Shown here: positions 26,921 through 40,900 of the stretch, piece after piece | Position numbering within the stretch: position 1 is the stretch's first letter | How the letters are laid out: each line of letters begins with the position of its first letter | From: Antedon mediterranea | Taxonomy: Eukaryota > Animalia > Echinodermata | Direction: 5' to 3' | DNA: 64,000 bases | Assembly: GCF_964355755.1 (NCBI RefSeq) | Contig: NC_092676.1 | Coordinates: forward strand, 17,936,871 to 18,000,870 | The notes under the pieces: generated by a model | Database searches by the model: none | Told to the model about the DNA's origin: nothing | The model's input: only the letters and a program-made list of their open reading frames with translations | Program-made: the position numbers and the translations under genes

Positions 26921-28915
26921 TACAAACTATTTAACCATCGTATAATAGTACCTTTTTTTTTCATTTTTATTTTGCAAGAAAAAAAAATCTTCTTAATATG
27001 AAAAACAAATCTGCGAGAATGAATGTTTTTATGTCTTTGTGATTGTATAAATAATTTCATTCTGTGAAATATGACATTATTTGTACCATCGCACTCATGA
27101 ACATTCATTATTTTATATATACTGCAAAGAGAAATATTGAATTAAAGCAGAATGAATGAATACTATTTTATGTTACTTCTTAAATACACATTTGGACAGT
27201 AGAAACCCTCCATAAGGACAGCCCTATTAGGGTATTGAAAGCAAGGAGAGGCAATATGATATTATTAACACTACGGGTAACCCTATTCAGGGACACTCCT
27301 TTTAAGAGGATGCTTTGTTGGGCACCAAAAGTCCCCTTAACAGGGATTCTGCTGTAATTATTGACATGATTTTTTCACGTTTACAATCCTGGAATCATTT
27401 TTACGATTATTTTTCATAATGCCCAATAAAAGACAAAAAAAAAAATAAAAAAAGTACAGTAAAGATAATTAAAATTGTTATTACATCCAAGAATGTTACC
27501 CACACCACTCTTTATGTCTGAAATAATTCAGCTGCTGGGCTTGCAGAATCAGTTGCCCTCTGTTCTGAGGCTACTAACAATTTATGTGGGGCAACAAAAA
27601 AGTATAATGTTCGGCCCCGATGGGCAACTAATAACAAAAGATGTACTGTTTTGCACAAGTTTCAGCCACCAAGATATTGAAGGGGCAACCAAAGCTCAGA
27701 CACTGGTTGTGGCAAAAAAAATCTTGATTCCGCGAGGCCTAATTCTTTTAAAAAAGATATCAATGTTACGTTTTTTAATTAAAATTGCAATACAAAAATC
27801 ACATATGCTACAAAATATAAAAATATACTGCTTACTGCACATAAATAAAACAAATCATTAAAACAACATCAATACAAGGACTATGAAAATCAAATATTAT
27901 ATACAGTGTTATAAAAGTGTTCATGGCTTTCGATGGCAATGGCTTTGAATATATATATATCTTATTTATATATTTAGTTTTAGAATATACATATATACAG
28001 AATTGCACCAACTTCTTTCTTAAAAACAGTAGTTACGGACAAATATGGAAACTGAGAAGGGATAGTACAAGCCTCAAAGAATTTACTTATTCAACAAAAG
28101 GTTTATTTTTTATTTCTGAATATGATGTTGGTAATGTTATATGAATATAAAAGAAACAGAAAAATACATAATATACATGCATTAGTTTGAAAATACTCAT
28201 TCAAACATAAAACAAAAACAAAAGTGGTCTAGTAAATCTCTAGGCAGATATACCTACATTATACTACTGTACCAACCAATACATTTAAAATAGTCAGCAA
28301 AATAGTTCATTGCTGAACCAACAGCATTATTTACCCTCACTTACCATGAATACAGGTGGCTACATTTTGTTTTTTTCTGCAAAGTACAAAGGTGTAAGAA
28401 GAGGGAGGGAATCCTGGAAGGTACAATGAAAAGGATAATTATGAATTTCTCAATAGCTGTATATCTCTTATAACTCTATCTTATATTTTGTACAATGGAA
28501 ATGCAGGTGTGGGATCACATCAAATGTCAACCTTTTAAATACAATACAATTAAATAGGGCCGTTTTTCAAAAATAAATATTGTACTTAAAGTACAATAAA
28601 AAAACAAAATCGTTTTTTTTACTTTAGTAATACTGTATACTATCGTGTGACTGGCCGACTGAAAATCCAATTTTTCTTCTTTAATTTTAGATTTACAAAT
28701 AAACGCACAGTGTATTTTACAGCCTTCTCGTAACGACTTCAGCTTTCTCATAACTCTTGTTACTATGTCATTCAACAGTGATATTTGTACACTAGACTTG
28801 GATCTGTGTCATAGTTTCTAGGTGGTGCCAACACACAAAAAATATATATCCTCACGGCAATTTTAAAGCAGCAAATGTGTTTGGTAATTACAAATATCAC
28901 TTTGAAAATTCTTTT

Positions 28916-31900
28916 TCAGCATTCATCCTCTAGTCGTTGCTCCGATACTGTTTCATTATTGGTTTTCTTTGATCTGTGCTTCTTCACTTCTGCCCAAATT
29001 CTACATTGCGTACCACCACTGTAAATAAAACATTACCACAGTACAGTACAACCCTTTTTAACCAACCCCTATTAAGGGTAAACTTTCTTGTGAAACTAAC
29101 AAGGGTCAATAACACTCCAACCAAACCTTATTCAGGGGACACCCATATAAGGGGACACGTTGTTGGGTCCTGAAGGTCTCCTTAATAGGGGTCAGACTGC
29201 ATCTACAAGGTTGTACTGGATAAGGTACTCTTAACTGTGTCAAGCTCTGTCATAAAAAAATTTAATGACGTGTCCCCTTAATATCAGAAATGAATAATTT
29301 TTGCATACAAGGATTGTTTAAAATACGTTTTTGCATCAACACACTCCACAAGCTTGTAACACCTGCATATGGCGTGACTAAGTCGTAGGCATAAGTAGCA
29401 TATCGAATGGTTGATTACAGTCGTCATATTGTGTGGTCCCCCTCCATGAAGGATCACTTTTTGAACTATGAAAACATTGGAGTCTGCCCTCTAGCCAATC
29501 TCATTCACAAAAACTTATTACTCATGACCATACAATATTTAGAATACGAATAATAAGAATATTCTTTACTCTCTGCTCACAAGCTTTTATAAAAGAGGAT
29601 AGACAATTGATCTGTAACAGAACTATTCAGAACTTACCGAATTCTCAAATACCGCAAATCGTTTCTCGACATGTTTTCCAGAACATCAGTCAATGTAAAT
29701 TGCTCAGACGTAATCTACCGCAAGAAATGTAAAAAAACAAACATACTCTACAAGATTTCATAAATTTAGTGTTTTATAAACATATTATAAAGTAGATAAC
29801 ATAGATGACGTTTCGTATTAAATTAAGTGTATGAGAATTTAATGATGCTCTCTAAGCTTCTTCAAATTAAAGACTGATATTTACCTTAGAAATACTATCA
29901 GCATCAATGTTTAACTGTTTCAACCAATCTACCAAATCACTGTCATACATATTACACTCTGAAAATATAAATATTATATATATTTTATGAACACCACAGG
30001 CACAAATTCAAATTCTGAAACACTCGGTGATATACTGAAAATTGATTTTATAATTAATTTGAAAACAATAAGATGAGGAAATATGTGAGAATGATAAAAA
30101 GTCGTCCCAACCGAGATTCAAACCCGGAACCTTCTGCTTGATAATATTATATATATTAAGGCACATTCAGACAAGTTGGAAGTAAGCTTTGAAGTAGCAA
30201 TATGATAGTTGTAGTACCTCAAGTTCTTTCAACAGTAAACCAATGATTGTATTGTGTTTTGTGGTAGCATATCTACTTATAACATTTCTGTTAATTACTG
30301 TATAATAGAATACTATAGTTTATTGATTGGAAACTTGTCATGATTTCAATTAAAATAATAATTTGACCTGTAAGTGGACATACCACAACCAAAGACAACA
30401 CAAAATAAATGAATACCTTTACTAAATTCAAATTACTTTACCTGCTAAATATGAAGGGGTTGATACTACACCAGGCGGTCTGTGGAAAAAATATTGATGT
30501 AAACAAAATTAATTTATTATGATTATAGTTTTATTTTTAAAATTGTCTAATGAATCTGCACATTTGTGATTTAACAGCAACTGTAAAAATACATTTTTTT
30601 TTCAAACTTCCTCACACTAAAAATGTTATACCCTTCTTCAGTCATTTTCAAGTGTAACATATTGGTGGCGTTGTTTTAAGACTTACGTAAGTACTTCAAG
30701 CAGCGACTTGTGCTCTTGTAACTGAGTCTTTATTGCTTCATTCAATCGTTTTTGTGTTTCAATTAAATCCCTGACCAAACTGGAAATTAAAAAGGAAGTG
30801 TCAAAATGTTACAGTATATTGAAAAGCCTTAAACCTTGCTTTTAAATAGACTCTTTAAAAAAATATAAAGTTTTTTTTTCTTTTGTCCACATTGCCCATC
30901 TACACCTAACCTTTAATAATCTTATTTCCATAATTTACACATACAATGAATATCATTTAAAATATAAAATCTATAAGTTGCGTTAAACATATCAAGATCA
31001 ATTTCTGATCTCTTTATATCATTGTAAAGTTTATATTTTTCAATTTAACCAATTTTAAATTGGTCCAGTTTTTGCTGCCTAGAAAATGGTGTTAATTTAT
31101 TCACACACTATAAAATCATATTTTTAAAAAGGTACAAAAATGTTCTTACCTTTGATACTCTGTACTTAAACTGTTATATTCTTGATTCATCATACGTGAT
31201 GTTGCATTATACATTGAGCTATGAATATCAACATCTGCCTGATCGGTTGATTTACTAGAGCTCATGGTAGATACCCCTGATGTTGCACCTCCTGAATTAC
31301 CACCTAGGTTACCTTCAAATTCCTCACTGTTGATACCTGATGAGTGTGTATGCTGTGCTAAATTAGCACCTAAATCTACAAAAATACATCAATCAAAAAT
31401 TATTCTTTAAGCTTGGTTTCCACTAGGAGCAAAACAAAGAAGTGTACCACAAGTATTTTGACCAATCACAACGCAATGGACACCCCAACTGTCGCCTGTC
31501 ATTGGTCAACTAAACTTGAGTTGCACCTTTTTCATTGGGTTGCGTGTTAGTGGGAACCAAACATAAATACAATATATACTGTAGTAACACCTAGGTAATA
31601 TGAAATACTTATTTTTCTACATAAACCATTAGAAACCAAATCCCTTTTTCCAAATTTCTCCCCAAAAGACTCCTTTTCTATTATTTTCTATTACTACATA
31701 TTGTATACACTGATTCAACCACTGGACATGTTGATCTTGGACTTAAGATCTGTCTACAATGTCTACACACAAAAAAGTGTGATGCACCTAAATATGGTAG
31801 TAATGTAACATCACCTTGTCCATATATGGGTATATCACATTTTTTTTGTCACATAAAGTTTGATAGTGTAGACAGAGCTTAAGATATGGTTGGTCTGGAT

Positions 31901-34900
31901 GCAAGTGGACAAGTTTTAACAAACAATAGTAACAGCAGCTAGGATGGAACCTTTTCACCAAAAGACTAACCTGGCAATAGAATAGTAACAGCTGCTTGGA
32001 CAGCACCTCTTGTGAGGTTATCTAGAGCAAACATCCAATGTGGCTTGATGTTATTCATATGCAGCTTGAGATTATCTGTCACCTAAAAAAAAGAATATAA
32101 AATTAAGTGCTAATTTTAGGAAATTTATGTGCATCAATCTATGAGAATATTAACAAATGCTTGGAGATTTTTTTCTTTTTCTTGTTTTTTAAAATTCAAT
32201 CACAGCTGGTTTATCTCATGACATTATTCTGCCACTCTTCTCGGTCCTTGGCTGCCACAGAGCACATGTTGATTTTGGCCGAAATACAGATTTTTTGTTG
32301 TTGTTAAACATATTATCTTGAATTTCAATAGGCATCTGTACGGTATATACCTATTTACACCGAAAAGAATGATAACTTGAAAATTATAGGAGCTATCATG
32401 CTAACAAACAAACAAAGCAAGTAGTGGCTTTACTTACAGCATCTTGAAATAGATAGAGTGCAACATGAAGGTCATTGATAGCAGTGGGGTCAAATTCCAA
32501 GTCTTCTTTTAATTTTGCTGTAAAAAGAAATTAGCAAATTCCAACATATACAAGTATAATCAAAATAAATTCTTTATATATATTTATATATAGATATCTG
32601 CATATAAAGAAGAAGATGTCAGATTCTTGGCTCGTTTGTGGCAGCATTCTACCATGCTCACAGATTTCATCATCATAACCATTAAAAATATTACTGGGCA
32701 GTTTATAATTTGCCTGTGAAATTCGTAATGTAATATTAATGTAGATTTTTTAATAAAACCAAGTATTTTATATTTTTTGAGTACTATAACTATACAGTTA
32801 CATTTTTGTTGGTCCCGCGTACTTAACAGTGCACATTAAAAAACTTGGTACACTATTCGAAAAAGAGATGGAGATCGTCTCCTGGTGTGCTGATCTGGTA
32901 AGCGCTGCACTGCCGTGAGTCCGTGGAGGGCCTAATCCGAATTTCCTCAGTTTCCAGTTAAAACTTGAGGACCAGTAATAATACATTTAACATTTCTTTA
33001 AACATTTTATACAGTACCTATTGTGGTTTGCATAATGCTAGACTCTCTGTTCTTAATCACTTGACAAAAACAGTCTACCAAAGTTCCAAAGTGCCGCTAG
33101 AAAAATAAAATTAATGTATGAAATAAAGTTTAAACTGACATATATTTAATGCTTACAAAGTCACAAGCTTTTAGACATTCTGAGTAACATAAAACAAGAA
33201 CATTCAGATCCAATTATTTACACACTTGTAGTGATTTGTTTGTAAAGATTATGAGTATCCCTAATATTTCAATTCCAGATCTTTTTAGTTAACGTCCTCT
33301 ACCAATAACTTCCGTTTTCTAGTAGCAGAATTGCTGGTCAGAATTCTAGGGCTCCACCAGGCAAATTTCATCTACTAAGCTAGGCCTAAAACAATCTCGT
33401 CTTCAGATAACTACCTCTCCTAGTCCATAGTGCCAGGTTAAGATCATACTTGCTTCATTTTGGAAATTACACATCCCTCAAATAAAAATCCTGGCTATGG
33501 GTTTCTTCGATTATACATTTTTTAAAAGAGACCTATCTAGTTCAATTTTCCACTTTGTGAATGTGTCTTGATAATCTTGTGACATTAAACCTTACCTTGA
33601 ATAATTTAGCTTGAGATGAACTTGTTGCTGAATCTGTAAACTTCTTGTACCAATTGTTTACAATCTATAAACAAACATTCTTCATTTTTATGTACAAATA
33701 TCTTAAACCACGTTTTTCTTGAAAATGATCAATTCAAATCTGTTTATAAATGACTGGAGTTTGATTTGATTTATTTTGATACCATACACAAAAAACAGAT
33801 AAACCAAACAAAAAACTCAATCATTTTGTATGGCCTTTTAAATCCCTAAAAGTGGATTTACATCTTGATAGGTCCTCAAAAAAGATCATTATGTTTAATA
33901 ACGTATGCCGCTTTACTTACCTGTGTATGATCATTCTCTAATATTCTAACTAACGTATCTCTTCTTTCACTGTCCTTGCGCAGCATATAAAACCCTACAG
34001 TGGAGTCTCTTTCAGGAATACCAGTTTCACTACTATCATCACTATAAATAAACGAGTATGAATAAAGCCATGATGGCAACAACAACACAAGAACATCATC
34101 ATTATGGACATGGGTAACAGTTTGTTTTGGTTGAGTTTGTGATATATATATATATATATATATGTGTGCATGTTCATAATCGGTGTACCATGTCCCACAT
34201 AACTGGCTCAGCATATATATTGTGCCAGTTCTGGGGTACATATAATTTCGAAACATGAGCTGCACTGACGAGATCTAATAAGATGGAAAAAGTACTGTCT
34301 GCAGATTGAATATATATATATATATTCACTTGCACTGATGAAGGGCTAGTGTTGCCCGAAAGCTCTGCTAACTCCAAAGGAAAATTACTGAAAAAAATGA
34401 CAATGCTGTGGGTATCAGTGGCTGGATCTCAATGGAGATACAAAAAAAAAAGCGAAAAGCTAAATCAAAACGATAAAGTAACCAGCCAGAAAAGTTAGCA
34501 GAGCTTTGGGGCAACACTAGCCCTTCATCAGTGCAAGTATATATATATATAATATACTTATTAAGGTAAACCTAAGGATACATTAGAGCACAAGCCATTC
34601 ACTATCCTTTGTAAAGGCGGCAATCTTGTTTACGAGACAAACCTATACACAAGATGTTCTACAAACACTAAGTCTGAAACAATTCTTTAGGAATGGTGTT
34701 GAAACTATCTCAAGACAAGGATGACAAGAGCTAAGTTGTTGAATGGGCAATTATGCTAATGAACTATAAAAGTCCTGTGAGAGATAATCGCACAGAGCAC
34801 TGGCAGCTTTCAGTGTCTCTGTCGGCAAATCTCTAAGCATTAATATTCCGTGTCCTATAACCTTGATTGAATTGACTCTCAAAAAAGGTAAATTTAACAC

Positions 34901-37900
34901 GGTTTGTTGATAGAGAATTGTAGTGCAAAATTGTATAAATAGAGAAATTAAAGTTGATTTTATTAACTTTTAAACCACTAAGGAGATAATTTCAAATTGA
35001 TCAAACTATGTCAATTTTAACTTTAAGTTAACCTTTTTTTTAAAAATATTGAAATTATTTGTTGTGACTTCTAAGTTACTTTAGTGTAACAAAAAATGCT
35101 TTCATGTTTTCATCACTAAAGTTCATTTTATGAGAGATATTTGTTTGAATAAAATTGTTCCAATGCTGAGCTGAACTATAAATAAAACAGAATATTTAAC
35201 AGGAAAGATTGTACTTACGGTGAAAGAGAATGTTGTTCTAAAAGCCCAAAAGATGGTCTCTTATGATCTCTATAAAAAACGAACATTAACTCATCATCAT
35301 TTTAATATATAAATAAATAATAATAATATATAAATGAATTATTTTCTACTATAAAAGTTCATAGAATTTGGCCATAACAAAACAAACTGTGAAGGCACAA
35401 GTTCATTGAGTAATGCTTTACTCTCATTGCACGATGCTTTATTCTCACTGCGCGATGCTTCACTCTCATTGCGTGATGCTTCACTCTCATTGCGCGATGC
35501 TTCACTCTCATTGCGCGATGCTTCACTCTCATTGCGCGATGCTTCACTCTCATTGCGCGATGCTTCACTCTCATTGCGCGATGCTTCACTCTCATTGCGC
35601 GATGCTTCACTCTCATTGCGCGATGCTTCACTCTCATTGCGCGATGCTTCACACTCACTGCGCGATGCTTCACTCTCACTGCGAGATGCTTCACTCTCAT
35701 TGTGCGAGATGCTTCACTCTCATTGCGTGATGCTTCACTCTCATTGCGCGATGCTTCACTCTCATTGCGTGATGCTTCACACTCATTGCGTGATGCTTCA
35801 CTCTCATTGCGAGATGCTTCACTCTCATTGCGCGATGCTTCACACTCATTGCGTGATGCTTCACACTCATTGCGTGATGCTTCACACTCATTGTGCGATG
35901 CTTCACTCTCATTGTGCGAGATGCTTCACTCTCATTGTGCGAGATGCTTCACTCTCATTGCGTGATGCTTCACACTCATTGCGTGATGCTTCACTCTCAT
36001 TGCGTGATGCTTCACTCTCATTGCGCGATGCTTCACTCTCATTGCGCGATGCTTCACTCTCATTGCGCGATGCTTCATTCTCATTGCGCGATGTTTCACT
36101 CTCATTGCGCGATGCTTCACTCTCACTGCGTGATGCTTCACACTCATTGCGCGACGCTTCACTCTCATTGCGTGATGCTTCACACTCATTTCGTGATGCT
36201 TCACACTCATTTCATGATGCTTCACTCTCATTGCGTGATGCTTCACTCTCATTGCGTGATGCTTCACTCTCATTGCGTGATGCTTCACTCTCATTGCGTG
36301 ATGCTCCACTCTTATTGTGCGAGATGCTTCACTCTCATTGCGAGATGCTTCACACTCATTGCGAGATGCTTAACACACTATGTAAAGCAACATAAAATGC
36401 TAACTGACCTTTCCAATGGCTCAGTTGATGACGATTCATATTCAGGAATCGAAGGAGACTGTGGTCGATCAAAACTCAGTTGAATTCTAGGAGATGGTGC
36501 TGAGAAAAAAACAAACTCACTTTGTTAAAAATGTTGACAAATTTGTACTCCTGAACACACATTTAAATGTGTCAATCTTATAATACAGTTCAATACATGT
36601 ATTTTGTCTAACTTATTTAGTTCAGTTACTGTATATACAGTACCATGTTTTTGATGTACAGTCTATATTTTCATAGATATTTTAAAGGCCAGGTGCGGGC
36701 AAAAAATTTCTATTGATCATACATTACAATAATTATCGATCTATAGTTTCCACTATGTTTCATAATTTTTGGGATTTTATTTGTGTTACACTAGCTTGTT
36801 GAAAATAAGCACTTTCTTATCAGTGGGGGGATAGTTCAAATTACACAGTAAAATCTCTATTCTTTTGTACACAAATGTTGTAAATAGAGAGGTATTTTAA
36901 AAAGCTATGAAAAATAAACGGTGTGGTAAAAAATATTATCAGTAAATATAGGTAATATAACTTGAATTTTACATTTCCTATATTTTTATTCAACTTCAGA
37001 TTTTTATTTTCATGCTATAGCAAAAATTATCCACCGTATATCCACCATCTTTTTTCATGTACTAGGGAGTCACCAGACATGTTATTACATTAGATTAAAC
37101 TACCTAACTACTGAAAAAAAGTCTTCCTGGTTTTTATGGCAGAATTTTGCCAAATTTTGTATTTGACCATATTAAGAGAAATTCATGTTTTTTCATCTTG
37201 ATTTCTGTTACAAATATTTGATTTATGTACAATTAACCAGATATTATATTTAAAATTCATGCCTGTAGCCGAGCTTTAATTGTTCCGAGCTGTGGTGTAC
37301 ATGAGTCTTATTTTGAACTTTAAAACTTACTTGAAATGCTTCTATCCCTTTTAAATTCTGATCCGGCTTTTTGTGGGGACACTCTTGAATTCTTTCGATA
37401 GAGGAATGGATCACGAAGAAGCTGGGTAGCCGTCGCTCTCTTATCAGGATCAGATTCAAAAGTTCTTGTAAAAGAAAAGATGCAAAAGGTAAATACAATT
37501 ATATTTCCTTCTTGAAATAAAACAATAACAATACGTTATTCTGACATAGCACTCAATGCACAAAGCCTCTAAGCACTTCATATTATTGGCCCGGTTATTT
37601 TTGGATCAAACCTACTCCTTTAATGTTGCAGCCCTACCAGCTACCCATTTGCACACAGTGTTTTGCCTAATGTTACAAACAATGTATTGCGTGTTGGATT
37701 CACATTCAAAACTCCAAATCCTATACACTAAGGGATCATGTCAAAATAATTCTAATGTTGTCTTTTTTGGGTATTCAGGGACTGCTTCATAAACTTCGGC
37801 ATAGAAATAAAATCATATGTTATTGCAGTAAAAAATAATGGTGTTACTGTAGGTTAACTGCAGTAGAATCATTTTGACATGGTTTCTATTAAATTCCTAA

Positions 37901-40900
37901 AGGCAGAGTGCGGAGATGAAGAACTGATCGTATGCTTCCATTGATTATCTTGGTCTGCCTTGAATATACTCAAAAAACAAAAAAAACAAGAATGCAGTGC
38001 AGTATATTTACCTGAGAATAAATATCTGGATAATATCGGACATAGACGATGGAATTTCTGGATGTAACTTATAAAAACCAACTTTAAACATGGCTGCCTC
38101 GGGTGAACCAAGCTAAAAAGAAAATAAACTATGCATTAAGTTGCGTTATTGATTTGCATATTGTATACAAATCAACATGGTAAAACATCGTCTAAACGAA
38201 CTTGAACAGGGTTTCGCACTACATAAGATTTCTATGGAATACATTTAGATATGTAGCGGACAATTGGAAAACTGTAGCATCAATAAATGAAGGAGAAAGT
38301 CCAAATTTAATTTACACAAATGAACAGGCTACTTTAAAAATAATACCTCAACAAATGGATGGAATACATTTAGATATGTAGCGGACAATTGGAAAACTGT
38401 AGCATCAATAAATGAAGGAGAAAGTCCAAATTTAATTTACACAAATGAACAGGCTACTTTAAAAATAATACCTCAACAAATGGTGGTTTACTTGTTGCCA
38501 TTTCAACAATTGTGCAGCCAAGAGACCAAATATCTGCCTAGAATATAAAAGCAAAAAAAATACAATAGGTCCATAAACCTGGAAAACAAATTGGGAGGTA
38601 CACAAGAACAACAAAGCAGAGGATTGATTTGCCTGTAAACTACTTGAACAATTTGGGCTAACATCCAAAAATGTTGTGATAGGATACGTTTCGACTTATT
38701 CTTTCTTTCCTAGAAACATTGTCTAGGACGTTTATTACATCAGGCCATGGCCCAAATACAACAATATAAATAATTTACAATACAATAAACTTATGTGTGT
38801 TAAAAAATGCTTTCTCTTTTTATAAGCAATGTAAATGAACAGTAGGGAAGTAACTGTTTTCTTAAATTATTTAATATCATGGACATTGTAATAAAAAATG
38901 AACCATATCTTCTACTAGATTCTTATTACAAACCTATAGTCCGATTTGGTCTGGAGACTATACTAAATGTATTGTAGATTACAGAGATTGTTTCATTATG
39001 TTTCATTGTACAAAAATATTATAATCTATTTCATAGTTTTATAAAATAATGTTATTTACTTACTGCTGCGCCATAACCACGAAGACCTTTGTCGATGACT
39101 TCAGGTGCCATGTATTGTAAAGTACCTTTAAATGTATTTAACATAGTGTAAATAAAATTACAAAATTGAGGTAGTCATACCACAGTTATGTCATTAAAAA
39201 AATTATCTGTGAGAGATAATCGCACAGAGCACTGGTAGCTTTCAGTGTCTCTGTCGGCAAATCTCTAAGCATTAATATCCCGTGTCCTATAACCTTGATT
39301 GAATTGACTCTCAAAAAAGGTAAATTTAACACGGTTTGTTGATGGAGCATTACAAGATTGTAATGTAAAATACATATATGGTACAACTACATTAACAGTG
39401 AATGCCTGAACAATTTTAAAAGCCATGATTGTAAGTTGAAATAGTCAAATTGTTTCCAAATCCAGTAAACCATTATGGGTTACTAACCTTTAAAAGAGTC
39501 TGCACTTGGATTTAAACCTGCTAACCTCTTTGACGTTCCAAAGTCTGATATTTTTAGCACCCCACTGTATGTGTTCACCAGGACATTATCCCCTTTGATG
39601 TCTCTGTGAACAATTTTTTGGTCATGCTGAAAATAGATAAAATAGTTATTATATATATATATATATATAGCAGACGGTCCGAGTTCGAGTCTCGGTTGGG
39701 GCAACTTTTTCTCATTTTCCCAGATTTCCTCATCTTTATCGTTTCAAAAATTAATTAAATAATTTTCAGTGTATCACCGGGCAGTTTGGAATTTATTTCT
39801 ATGCCTGTTGTGTTTATATTGTTACGTGTGACGAGAGTCAGGTGTCACATGTCACATGCAAATGAATCAAGTCGCCGGTGGTCAAGTGGACGAATCAGAA
39901 CGGAGCGTGGTGGTGCGCGGTATTTTGGAAAGCTGTGCTGGGTGTGTGACACAAAGAAGAGAGGGACTCAGGGCCAGCCAAGGACGCTTGCGTTTAGAAC
40001 TGTGCTTGAGACTGGAAGCGAGGCAGGACGATAAGAATGGGGAGGTTGTGATGTGTACGGATGGCCAGGCAAACCAACCACTCGGTATCATACGTATCTA
40101 TAATTGTGTTGTTATGTATTTTGTGCTTCGTGAAAGGAAATAAATGGAGCTCGTGCTCCTTGCATAATACTTTAAGTGTCGACTATTGTTTGTTCCAAGC
40201 CTCGTTGTTGCTATTTAGGTATTTCGGCCTAGGCCAAAAGTGGTCGTAACAATATATATATATATAAACACAGTAGGCAAAGAACATTAATTCTAAACCG
40301 CCCGGTGAATTAATGTTCTTTGCCTACTGTGTTTATATATATAAAAGTATCTCTTCGGAGATCACGCCTCGTGAATAAAAATACTGAAAGATGAGGGCGT
40401 ATCAATTTGATCTCTGTTGCGCGTACGTACAACTGAGGACTAGTGCTGTTCCGCCGTACCACGCCGAGAATGTTAAAGAGTCGCTATCCAATCGAGTTTG
40501 AACAATACCATGAAAGCCCCAGTGGTCTAATGGTTAGGGCAACTGCATTATCAAGCAGACGGTCCGAGTTCGAGTCTCGGTTGGGGCGACTTTTTCTCAT
40601 TCTCACAGATTTCCTCATCTTTATCGTTTCAAATTAATTAATTAAATTTCAGTATATTACCGGGCGGTTTAGAATTAATGTTCTTTGCCTGATTTATTTA
40701 TATATATTATATATATTTTATTTTTTAATTTCATACGCAGTTAAAAGTTTCATTTGAGGCTTAAGGAGGGAGTAGAAACAGTAGTAACTCTCAGTCTATC
40801 TGACTGGCACTACGTCAGATAATATGAGATTTATGAACCTTCTGGTTCACTTTTCACAGAAAACAATGTTTTCCGTGAAAGTCATGTGTTCAAAATTGAG

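Noticed and set aside
35359-36483. His/Cys-rich or RDASLSL repeat proteins up to 329 aa
   Set aside because: Open frames arise from a 21-bp stop-poor minisatellite in an intron, with frameshifting 23-bp variants.
38680-38748. Hammerhead-like CTGATG...GAAACGTA on the minus strand
   Set aside because: Core reads CUGAUGU, and stems I and II are not convincing.
39786-40249. GC-rich overlapping ORFs
   Set aside because: They lie within the solo LTR and show no protein motifs.
40516-40588. Functional tRNA gene
   Set aside because: Irregular anticodon arm and multiple truncated copies sharing a 3' flank indicate a repeat.
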